A stretch of 64,000 nucleotides of DNA, taken from Lama guanicoe (taxonomy: Eukaryota). The notes beneath the pieces are model-generated. The model saw nothing but the letters and a program-made list of their open reading frames with translations. It had not been told where the DNA came from and did no database searches. The stretch lies in the NCBI GenBank assembly GCA_013239625.1, contig MU054187.1:3235757-3299756 (forward strand), given 5' to 3'. The translations under genes were made by a program, and so were the position numbers. This document shows, in pieces, positions 14,130-24,937 of this stretch. The first letter of the stretch is position 1, and the number at the start of each line of letters is the position of its first letter.

Positions 14130-14600
14130 CCACTCGGCCACCGCACTGAGCAGCAGACCCGTTGTCTCGCATCCGGGGTGTTCGGAGGCTGCAGCGGAGT
14201 CGCTGCCCAGGGGCTTCCGAAGGAAGAGCAGGTAGACAGACCCCCACTTCCACGCTCACTGCAGAAACGCCCCGTGTCCGTGCGTCTTCCTAGTCCCGTC
14301 GTGTCCCCTTTCACTTCTGTGACCGGCCCGTGACGGGACCCGGGCTCGGCACGCTGCCCTCCCGGCTCCCGCCTGTGTCTCTGGGGCCCTGCCCGTCCCG
14401 CGGCTGCCGTGCAGCCGAGAAGAGGAGAGCCGCGGCCCGGGGGCGGCGAGAGCGGGCCCGCCCGGCCCACCTGCGCGCCCGGGAAACCCGGACTCGCTTC
14501 CCCCGGGGCTGTGCCCGCGCCGCCCGCCCCCGCCTCCCAGAGCCACGGCCCAGATGACAGCTCCGAAGCTGCGCTCTGCTGCGGCTTTATGCGACCTAAC
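14130..14600. promoter_or_regulatory. CpG island, with a second CpG-rich patch at ~15080-15370
   Basis: Dense CpG, very high GC, GC-box-like ccgccc runs. Confidence 0.7.
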
Positions 14601-16309
14601 ATCTTCGCAAAATCTCTGTCTCTCCACAATGAAAACAGTCTGTTACAATTTGTGCAGAATGTGATGCCTTAACACACCAGGTGATCTAGGCATTTCTTTG
14701 AAAGGGTCTCTGCTTCGTGAGCAAGAAGGCCTCTGCCGGGCACACAGGAGGGGTCCCAGTTCTCCTGACGCTCTCTGGACCAGAGGAGGAACCCTCTCGT
14801 CTCCGTTTGAAATCAAGCCGTCGGAACTGTGATGGTCGGGTTAGACACATGTAGCGAAGAATCAGGCCTGACGGCCTGGATGGGCGAGCGGGGACAGGGC
14901 CAGGACAAAGGACGAGGGACTCCTGCAGCAGCAGACGGCAAAGTCGCTGCCCGCGTTGGGATTTGCTCCCCAAAAAATCTCAAATTACAGTCATCAGGAA
15001 GGCACAGCTAGCTGGCTTTATTGTTGTTTTGTGAAACCAGAAATCCCATCTTTTTAATGGTAAGGAGAGCAGACAGAGTTGCGGCACCGTGAGGGGCGAG
15101 CCCGGTTCCGGCGTCCAGGACGGCCTGAGAGGCCAGGCCGGGGATCAGGGGGAAGCCGCGTTGCAGAGACGCTCGCACATCCTGGTCCTGGACCTGCGCT
15201 GCTGGGGACCGGCTCCCGGGAGGTCGAGGTCGAGCTCGAGTCAGAAAGACATCTCGGACCTGCAGCCGCGGGGAGCTGGGCGCTGTCTCAGGTGGTGCCC
15301 GGGAGTCGTCTGAGCACTGGACTGTGGGCAAGGCATCCATAGCTGGAGCGAGCTTCGGTCTGCACCGGGAGAAGGTGGAACAAGATGGATTCCCAGAGAC
15401 TTTGCAGTCTTCAGTCAACAAGAATAGACACAGAAATGTGATTTGTCTGGAGAGGTCAACGCAACATGAAACAAAGTTTGGTTTGGTTTGGTTTGGGTGG
15501 GTTTTTTGGATGCTGCCTGATGTACAGTGTTTAATTCTAGGAAAAATGTTACCTTCGATTTGCTCAGCTATAAACTGGGGACAGAGTTCTTTAAGCATGC
15601 TGAGGTAACTTAGACCAAATAAAGTGCTCCTATGCTTAGACCAGATGCATGATGTAAACACTGAAAGCATGGAGCTCTGTGACCCTGGGGTCGCTTTAAA
15701 GCAAACAAACCAGGCAACCCTGCAGGAGAAGAAGTGTCTTCTATTCAGTTCCAACAGCCGGAAGGAACGCTGGGTGAGGGATTCCTGATTGCTGAGAAGT
15801 GGAGAAAGCGCAGCTGCAGAAGAACTGAGGCTTAAATGCTTCTGCAGCAGTAGCTGTTCTGCCTTTAACCCCTCTCGCTGACTGCTCCTGCCTGCACCGA
15901 GACACATCTTCATCTGTTTGAAATAAATTGTGTTGAGCGGTCTAACGAGCTGGGAGAGGATGGAGAGTCACTTCATGTCTGTTTGCCATGGGGAGTGGGT
16001 TCCTCTCTATCGTTTGCCTTAAAAAAAAAATAAGGCCTTTGAAACGGAGGTGGTAAGTGTGCTCTCTCTCCTTTGAGGGCTCCCCTCCCATCTCTGGACT
16101 CACCCCCCCCTTCTCATTGCATCTGTCAGAAGCTCCCCCCACCCGAGTCCGCCCCTGCTGCTCACAGGGGAAGGTGCCTGCAGTCCTGCCCTTGACTTCT
16201 GTCTTCCCCCACTGCCTTCCTGGACCACCCACCCGCTGTGGGATTTTGCCAAGCACCTCTGTACCAGTGACTCCAGCCCTGGTCTCCTCCTAGGCCCCAA
16301 GCCCCCACA

Positions 16310-17030
16310 CCAGACCCCCTGGGTATTTCCACAGAGCTGACCTCAGGGGCTCTCATATGTGCACAGGAAAGGAGCCTGTCTCGGGAGCTAGAACCCTCGG
16401 CCCCACAGCACCTCCTACTACCTCCCCTGCGCTGTCGTGGCTCCTCCGGCCTCCCTGCCACCCAGGCTGGTCACCAGGGCCCTTCCCCCGCGTGTGTGAG
16501 CTTCCACCAGGCCTTCCCTCTCCATGTCTCCGCTTCTCCTGTCCATCCCCACCTGTCCCTGCCCTGCTTGGGCCTCTCCCACATTCCATCTCTCCAGCCT
16601 GAATCCACCTACTAACGTCAGAGAACCTCCATGAAACACAGAGCGGCTCACAGCATCTGCCTCTAAGATTTAAAGTTGGTACCTCTTGTCTTTGGGATGA
16701 AATCCACACAATTGGTTTGGATTCAAACCCACTCGTGACTGCTCCAAACTGTACTCCAGGTTGTTCTCTCACCCTCGGCCTCCCCGGGGCGGCAGACCCA
16801 GCACGCCAAGCCCTGCCTTCTTGAGACACGGCCTCTCCGGGTCTTCACGTCTTGTCCATCCTCTGCTCAGGCCTCAGCCAGCAGCACCTGAGCTAGAAAC
16901 ACCTTTTTCTCCCCTGTGCTCCCACATCACATTGCTTTCACTATTTAACATTTATCTAATTTTGCCTGTAATGAATGTTCATCCTTTGCGTCCCTAATGA
17001 GATAGAAGTTTCTTGAGTGCCAGCCCCCGG
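16310..17030 (+). mobile_element. Degraded L2
   Basis: Pyrimidine-rich L2-like tract ending in a 3'-end-like motif. Confidence 0.45.
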
Positions 17031-17054
17031 GAGGCTGCACGTTTCTTGAGTTGT

Positions 17055-17305
17055 GGGCGGTGGTTGAGGAGCCAGACCCTGGAGAAGGACCACTGGGACT
17101 TGACAGCTGAGTCTAGCAACAGTGAGCTCTGGGTTTCTGCGCAAGCGACCCACTCACCCTCGCTCCCCCTTCCCGGCGCACACAGTGAGGTGGTAGCTGA
17201 TCCTGCCTCATCAGAGTCTCGTGAAGACTGAATGTTGTCATGCGTGCAAAGTGCTTAGCACACAGCCTGGTACATGACACATGCTCCAGAAGTGTGAGCT
17301 TTGAT
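17055..17305 (+). mobile_element. MIR SINE
   Basis: ggttgaggagccagaccctggag start; aaagtgcttagcacacagcctggtacat tail. Confidence 0.75.
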
Positions 17306-18566
17306 TTCTTCATCATTATTATTTGGTTTTGTACCTAGAACAGTGGGAAAATACTCAGTGAGTTTTTTAAATTGAATTCTCCCAAGAAAACATTCTTAAA
17401 TCCAGGGACATGGGGTCACATGCAGTCAGTCTAAGGAATGCTCTTAGGTTAGAATATTTCTGCTAGTTCTCAGTCAGTTGACCACTCGCCTATCCAACGC
17501 GGACGCCCCAAACACAAAATGGAAAAGCAGTCTAGAAACCGGAGACCAAGCCCCTCGGCGCTGTGGAACTGAAGCCAGCCTTGCGAAGTGGGTCAGCATT
17601 CCTCCCTGTCCCTGACCATCAGCGTCTGTCTTCCAGCCGAGTGAAATGGGATTTGACACAGGGCATAGCCACCCACCACGAGTGCAGGGAAGTGGCCCAG
17701 GTGCAGTAATGATCAGTCACAGTGGGCGCCCGGGTCCCCAGGCCCGGATCTGCCTGGCGACTCTCGGGCTGCACTCACCCGTGAAGGGCAGCGGCCAGAC
17801 ATCCTGTCAGCTCCTCGACACAGAAGTGACTTCCCTGCCAAGCCTGCCTCCCTGGAAGATGCTCATCTTGGGAGAGTCATGTTTAGTCTCCCAAAATCAG
17901 GCAGGGAGATTACCCAGGGAAGCACTGCATCACATTGCAACCTCTGCAAAAATGTCACAGGGCTCCGGACGGTAGGGAGCTCGCAAATCTGTGGCCGGCG
18001 GTGGCCGGTAGCCGGGAAGGGGCAGCAGGGCAGGTGCTAATTCACGTGGAGTTGCACATGCCCCTTGACTGGTCACTGAGGGGAGGTAGAAAAGAACCGG
18101 AAGCAAGCGCTGGTGGCTTGTGGGCGGTGTCCTGAACCAGTTTCCCGTCAAGCTCTGGCACCCACTGCTCAGCCGTGGAAACGAGAACCCCCTCTCTGTA
18201 CGTTTGAGGAGGGAGGTGGCAACTACGTGACTAAGTCATCATTCTGTAAACAGCAAGCCCAGCCCTAGTTCCCAGGGAAAGTGACAACCGCTCTCACTTA
18301 AAAAAAACAAACCTGCAAAATCCAGGAAGCTATAATGGCCTAGCCAAGAACAACTACCCAGGGCCCCGGTCCCTGGTCCAATATTCACGTCTTCATGCCT
18401 TCTGCGCCAGGCGCCATTTGCTCGCCCAACGCATGCTGTCCCTGTCCTTCAGTCACAAGAGGCCACGTGACACCGATGAAATGGAAACATTTTAAGCCCT
18501 CAGAGAATTCATTTAAATAAAGGTATCTGAAACTGTTGAAACAAAGAGTCATCGAGTTCCTTGTTG

Positions 18567-18782
18567 CTAGTCAGCCTGAATTGAATCAGAGACTCTTGGC
18601 TCAGGAAGAACCAGCCGTGGTGAATTCGGGATGCGACTAGACTCGGGAACGCCCTCGCCCTTCTGTCCCCACCATGCACGCACAGCTCCTGAAGGACCTG
18701 ACTGAAGCCGCATGAACCTAATGGCTTCCTGCCATTTCTGATGAACAGCTGAGGGAGGAGAATCATTGTCCTTTAAGGTGTC
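18567..18782 (-). pseudogene. Candidate terminal coding exon DTLKDNDSPPSAVHQKWQEAIRFMRLQ..VLPEPRVSDSIQAD*
   Basis: tttcctctttgccgcctag acceptor followed by 71 open codons and TAG. Further acceptors at 19917 and 19244 may mark two intervening exons. Confidence 0.45.
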
Positions 18783-21024
18783 CTAGGCGGCAAAGAGGAA
18801 ATTTCTGAAACTGCCCGATGTGGCTTGGATGAGAAAATAATTAAAGCCACTAGCAGAACTGTCCTCACGTTTGAGTCAGATAACAGTCACTGATGGCAGC
18901 GGTCTGCCCGAAGGAGGGGAATCAGAAGACAAGTTAAACCAGATTCACCCTGGATAATTTTGTTGACATTTCCAGCTCCTTGGGTTAGTAATATCTAGTC
19001 CAAAATCATATATAATCAGATACAATATGTATCAGATGTATATATATAATCACACACATGACTGTGTTTGACTGATTATTTTTTCTCTATGTGAGAAGAA
19101 ATGAAGAAAAAGAAGTCAGCTGCAACACTGATCCTGTGACAGTAACATATGGTCACTTTCCTCCGACAATCTTCACTTAATGAAAATCTCTTTCCCTTGT
19201 TACCGCCTTCTGTGATGGCAGCAAAGGAGCACCCTTTAGGTGGTCTTAAATATAAATAATTTTTTTTACTCTGTTTCTGTTCAAGTCCTTCAAAGCTCAG
19301 GCTGGTTTCTGTCAATCTGCGTAACAAGCAGAGCCCGCCGTGCCCACGTCTCGGGTGGTCTCAGCGCCCCTCCTGGCCTTCCTCTGCCAGTTGTGTTTTA
19401 TGTGAAAAGTTAACAACAAGCCAACACAGGACAGGACTTTAAAAGTAAAATTTTAGGTGAAAATGCTGCTTTGCTGCTCATTAACAGCGGTTCCGTGCGT
19501 GGCCGTTGAAGACAAGCTCATTTCCTATGTGCTTTCAAGCGATTACTTCTTTTTTACGTAAACCGTGTTTTTTGATAGTAGAAATAGAGATGATGCTTTG
19601 ATTCGTGATTGCACGTTACAGTTTCCTTACACCATAAAGAAATAATGAAGCCACGTCATGTACTCAAGCTCTAATTGTGTTCTCTTCTGTAGAAAGAGAA
19701 ATCACAGCAGAGATTATGCTTGCAAGGCAGCTATTAATGTATTAAGATGTGTGAGGAATCAAGAAAATGATGAGCAGGTCAGATGGATCCTTGTCTAACA
19801 CGAAGCTACTCAGCTGCATCTGGTCCTTGAAGGAAGACTCAGTCACGTGTTGACTCATCAGATAGTCACTAGCTTTACACGTCCCTTCTCCGTGTTTCCT
19901 GGTCACAATGTTTGGTCCTGTGAGAATAGGCAGAGCACACCTCGCGTAGCTGACAAGTCTGTGATCACGCAGAAGAGGAGCTGGAATCTTCAAGACAGAG
20001 TAACAAAGGAATGCCAGGCGACAACATGTGCCGCCTTTTCAAAGTCGTGATTTTATCTCAGTTTATTCAGATCAGGAAGAAGGGGAGAGTCTGACCCTTT
20101 CCAAATGCCCTGTTAATGTTTGTGTGAGGTGTGGAGGGCAGGGGCCCCACACTGGGACAGGGGAGGGCCAGGCCTACATATGGAGGAAAAGTTGGGAAAA
20201 AAAGAATGCATTAATGGGTCAGAAAAACCACAGTTGTCAAAAGTCATGAATACATCAGAAGCTAAGAGTTTCCTCTTTCCTTAAATACAGCTTTCAGGAG
20301 TCACATGGGTTTTTTTAACCCTTGTGGGCGTTTCGAGAACAGACTAGAGACGCCAAGGTGTGGTCCGTCCTGCACACAGAACGTGGGTTTATGAAAAATA
20401 TTTCTCTTGTGTTTCCTTCCCAGGCTGTCCAACTGGCCAAACATTTCATAAATTGACTAATTCAGTTCACAGATCAGCCCATTCTAAAGGGTGCAGTCAA
20501 ATCTGATGTCATCCGGTATGATGGAGACAGAAATGATTGCTTATAGATGGCTGGTTTTTCCCGTTTTGAAACTGTGCGTAGAATGCAGCTTGAAGTGTAG
20601 AGGCCTGGGGCGAAAAACCGACTGCAAACGGGCCATCACAGTATCAGACTTCTAGCACCAAGAGGCCCGGAAAGCAGCGGCTGCGCGGCGTTACGGTTTT
20701 GCTCGCTGCACGTGAATCACAAAGGGAAACAGACATCTGAATTCAATTCAGAAATACTGCATTTCAGCTTTGATGTCTCGTTTTTGGTTTCTGTTCAAGG
20801 GGATTACAGTTATCTATTAGCCACAGGACAAGGGTTCACTCACTATCTTTAGGACCAAAGTATAGAAGTAAACACAGCGCAGCACTGGACTCCGGAGAAT
20901 CTCGCTCAGGAGACGGTTGGGACCAGGACCTGTAAGGCAGATTCCGAGTGGAACCGGGCGCACCGGCCACTGCAAGAAGGACATGGTTTCCACGTTGGGG
21001 ACCCATGGAAGCTGCCTCAAGTGT

Positions 21025-21320
21025 GGCCCCAGAAAGCAGAGATTTGAGTAGAGGCAGTTTACTGGGGTGCGTTCTCAGGAGCGACCCCGTGAGGGTGAGG
21101 GAGCAGGACTGGGCCGAGGGAGACATTGAGCCGCGAGGCCCGGGCCCACCCAGGGGCCCTCCGGTCCCGCGTGAAGGCCCGGGGACGAGGCCTCCCAGCC
21201 CCGCGTCGCGCTGGACCCGGGCTGCGCGAACCAGGAGGCCGTAGTAGCGGGCGGTGCCTTCCGAGGGCGAGGCCCGGAGGTAGGAGCCATCAGGCACACA
21301 GCACTTCAGCCCTGGCCTGA
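21025..21320 (-). mobile_element. ERVL LTR16-like fragment, CpG-rich
   Basis: gagcaggactgggccgagggagacattgagccgcga resembles the LTR16-family consensus as I recall it. Confidence 0.55.
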
Positions 21321-21349
21321 GCCCCGTCGTCCTCCCCGAACCTGTCAGT

Positions 21350-22075
21350 TTTCACTCTTCCCCATCTCAGTTGGTGGCAAATTCTTTATTCCAGTTGTTT
21401 GAGCTGAAAGCGTCACCGCCACCCTCGACCCTGCGGTGGTCACACCCACATCTCTTCCATCAGCAAACCCTGCTGGTTTAACTTAAAGCAGACCCAGAAT
21501 CCGACTGTGTCGCACCCCCTCCGCAGCCATCATTCTGATGAAGCTGCAATGTCCTGGTTCTTAACGCAGCCCGAGAGCATGGTCTTCCTCCTCCCTCTTC
21601 ATCTGCCAGACTGTTTCCGACACAGCAGCCAAGCTGACCCTGTTAAACAGAAACCCAGATCATCTCACTCCTCGGTTCAAAGTCCTTCAGGGTCTTCCCA
21701 GGTCTTCCCAGGCCCTCCTGACCCACAGCCAGGCCCCGCCCCAGCCGTAGCGCAGGGCTGTCCTCGGCCCTGCCCCCCCCCCCCCCCATCCCCCACGCCC
21801 CGCGCCCAACTTCCTCCAAGGTCGCCTTCTCAGCAAGGCCTTCCCGGCCATGCTTCCCTGGATGCGTTCACCTCTCCAGTCCTTGCCCTGCTTTTCCCTC
21901 ATTACCATTTATTTCCATCAAACGTCATTTACCTTTCCTTTTTAGAAGTGTTTGTTGCCTGTCTTTCCTGGTAGAACATAAGCTCCATTAGAAGGGGAGG
22001 GGGTTTTGTGTGTTGTGTTTGCTGAGAGTCTCCAGGCACCTGGCGCAGTACCCGGCAGAGGGCCCAGGTGCCGGG
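21350..22075 (+). mobile_element. L2a-like 3' region
   Basis: cttccccatctcagttggtggcaa; ccatcagcaaaccctg; tagaacataagctcca. Confidence 0.75.
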
Positions 22076-22243
22076 CACCGGCACCAAAGCCCGGGAGGAG
22101 GCGCTGATCTGCAGGCCTGGGAGGACACCCCACTGGTGTTCCGACGGCTGGACGCATCTTTTAAACCTGCCCACTCCAGACTCCGTGGTGCGGTACGTAC
22201 TGCTAGTTCTAACAGTTTTCACTGTGTGTTTTGTTATTCCTAC

Positions 22244-22371
22244 TATGGCTTTCAAGTCTGTTGCCGCATGATGTAACTGAGCTGCTCCCTGAGGCTTCTG
22301 AAGGGAACGATGCATTCTTAAGCAGATAATGCACCAATAAGATGGTCTCCTGAGATCCAGTAAGGACCCTC
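22244..22371 (-). pseudogene. Fossil exon EGPYWISGDHLIGALSA*ECIVPFRSLREQLSYIMRQQT*KP
   Basis: ttattttgtcaagtag acceptor, GTAGGA donor. Confidence 0.45.
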
Positions 22372-22513
22372 CTACTTGACAAAATAATACTGGACTGACT
22401 TGTTCTTCAGTGACGTCCAGGCCCTCCCTCCCTGCAATAGCTGACCATTCTTCCCATCCCGTGAAGCGTCAAGAAAATGCGCGGGTTGCTTTGGTCTGGT
22501 CGCTGCTTGTTAC

Positions 22514-22677
22514 CCAGGGCGCTGAGGAGAACTGGCCGGCGGACGGCACGGGTCTGCGAACCAGTCCTCTCCAGTTTTCATCAGCTGCTTCTTCCAGTAT
22601 CTTCCTCCTACATTCAGCACGATGATAACGACACAAAGTCCTTCTGAAGTTAAAGTGAAATTCTTGCCATTTGATTT
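22514..22677 (-). pseudogene. Fossil exon NQMARISL*LQKDFVSLS / RAECRRKILE / KQLMKTGEDWFA
   Basis: gttcttatttcag acceptor, TGG|GTAACA donor; helical fragments across frameshifts. Confidence 0.5.
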
Positions 22678-22743
22678 CTGAAATAAGAACCACTCCAACA
22701 ATTTTAATAAAAAGCTTTGGCATTTTCAGTCAAGAACTACTAC

Positions 22744-22838
22744 AAGTGTGGAAAGCTCTTTCTCGCTTTGTTCTGCTACGGTTCGGTTCATGCTTTATAT
22801 TTGCTCTTGCTGTTGCTTTTGAGATCAAGTCTTTCTCT
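22744..22838 (-). pseudogene. Fossil exon RERLDLK / QQQEQI*SMNRTVAEQSEKELSTL
   Basis: Strong acceptor gtccttttggccttcttag after an 80-nt intron; 95 nt, one base short of frame. Confidence 0.55.
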
Positions 22839-22918
22839 CTAAGAAGGCCAAAAGGACAGTAAACCGAGCTGACCTCTCTCAATTTGAAGAGACTGTGCAC
22901 AAACAGAATCCATGTTAC

Positions 22919-23075
22919 CTTTCTCGTCTAGAGCAAGGCAAGTCCAGAAGAGCATTTATAAGTCTCTTCTTGCTGTTGTTCAGACAGAATTCTGAGCTAG
23001 ATTTTTCTTTCATATTTGATTATTTTTATAGATTGTGAAGGTTACTGCTCATTCCTTGTGTTTTGGTTATTAAAT
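22919..23075 (-). pseudogene. Fossil exon LITKTQGMSSNLHNL* / KIIKYERKI*LRILSEQQQEETYKCSSGLALL*TRK
   Basis: ttttcaactttgctaattag acceptor, AAG|GTAACA donor; restoring one A in an A-run joins the two frames. Confidence 0.55.
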
Positions 23076-23498
23076 CTAATTAGCAAAGTTGAAAAATATA
23101 AAGGACTTGTGAATATACTTCAGAATTGTCCAGCAAGCTCTTTGCCAGCTTGGCTTTAAAAAAAAATGCCTTCTCCAAAAAAACTAGCAGATAAGTCGAT
23201 CAGGCTTTGCATTCAAACCTTTTCACAGAATTGAACTCGAAGCCTTGCTTTATTTCCCCTCTTCTGCTAATAGCACTTCGTTCTAGGGAGGGGCGTTGAA
23301 GTTGACAAAGTGACTTCCCACACGTCATCCTTTCTGATTCTCATGGTAACTTTATTTGGAGGTCAGGTAGCCAAACCTCTGGTCACGTAAGCACTTTGCT
23401 CAAGGTCACAATTAACGGTGGAGCTGGACGAAAAGTGAGCATTTACTTTCGAAATTCCAGTCCACGGATCTTTCTGTCCTACCATACATGTAGCCTAC

Positions 23499-23680
23499 TT
23501 GCTGCAGGCAGGTCCACTGAACAAAGAAATTTTGGATCCAACCCATGGGCCTCTGTGACGGCCTGCAAACACCAGGGGTCTCATCTCTTCTGAAGAAGGA
23601 AGAACAGTGTTGCTGAAGAGGACGTCCACCCAATGCACCACCCCTCCTCTCTCCGGGGGTCTGGTCAACCCGCGGCAGGT
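23499..23680 (-). pseudogene. Fossil exon (D)LPRVDQTPGERRGG..PMGWIQNFFVQWTCLQQ
   Basis: gctgtttcttacag acceptor, CAA|GTAGGC donor, 182 nt, phase 1-0, open. Confidence 0.5.
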
Positions 23681-24289
23681 CTGTAAGAAACAGCACCCAT
23701 CAGAAATTAGGTCGAGGCGGGTATTTAACAAACTTAGGCTGCAGGAACAGACATGGAACAGCTGGGCTTCTCGTCTGGGTTCCGGCTGGCACACCTGGCT
23801 CCCTGCACCAGCCCAAGTGCAGTCCCTTCCCTCGAGTTGCTGCAGGAGCCCTGGTCAAGCTTAAGTGGCATCTGTGCCCAGTGAGAAAACACTGATTTGA
23901 GTAACAGTGTTTCCATTGAACTGGGTCTCCAGAGGAAGGAAGAGGCACAGGGGAGCCACTGCTGGTGGTAAACGAAGAACAAGAAGAACTCGGTTCCCAT
24001 CCCACCTCTGGTCCTTGCTAAATCGGGGAGCTCCAGGGAGCCTCTCCACCTCTCTGCACCTGTGTCAAGGAGATGCTGTGTTGCTACACACTTCAATGTC
24101 CCATGAGTCTTAGGGCATAAAATAGAGTGGCAAACACGGAATCATTCATAAAAGTGAAGCGCCCTGTATACAAGATAAAATAAAATGATTCCACGAATTG
24201 AGACCAAACAAATACAAGTACATACAATCAAGTCTTTTCAACAGAAAGAGAATTAGCGGCGAAAAAATTTGCTAGCTAATAGAATTACT

Positions 24290-24650
24290 AGATGTCAATA
24301 AATATTAATCCCCTACCATGTGAAGAGTCCTGTGCTACAAGATATAAAGGAGGCACAACTGAGGAACACATAGCCCTTACCCCGTCAGAGCGTGCCCACA
24401 CATTACACTAATAAGACATAACTTCACTAGTGTGACACGAGACGCATACACACAGAGCTGCACGTGGGAGTTAACGGAAGGAGAAAGGGCAATCATAGGA
24501 GTGAGGGGCTTGAGGGAGGACTTCACAGTCATGGGAGCATTTGAGCTGGTCCAGGAAGTGAATATTTCAATGTGTACTGGCTGGGGACGTGAGTCTGAAA
24601 CTGAAGGATGTCACGAACAAAAGTGAAGCAAAAGAAGCAGAAAAGTAGAA
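24290..24650 (-). mobile_element. L2 3' fragment
   Basis: caataaatatt..cctaccatgtg..ctgtgcta is a reverse L2 terminus. Confidence 0.55.
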
Positions 24651-24937
24651 CAAGTAGCCTCCACTGATTCCCCAGGAGCAGAGAAGGGCAAGGCCAGAGA
24701 GGAAGATGGGCGGGGGTCACAGGAAGGCTCTGAGCCCGGGAATGGATGCCTCATCACTGCCACCTCAGTCCGTGGGGACTCTGAGCAACTGAACGGAAGT
24801 GATAAAATCAGAGCTTCGCTAATGAAATTTAATTTTGCAGCAAAGCATAAAAGGAATTGAAGTGGGGGAAAAAACTGGGAGTTAAGGAAACCAGAGAAGA
24901 TGATATTGCACTGATTCAGTAAGAGACAGAAGATGTC

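Noticed and set aside
15008..15913. Longest ORF in the track (301 aa, minus)
   Set aside because: No recognisable domain, runs through a (GGTTT)n repeat and a GC-rich patch, and has no splice context; likely chance.
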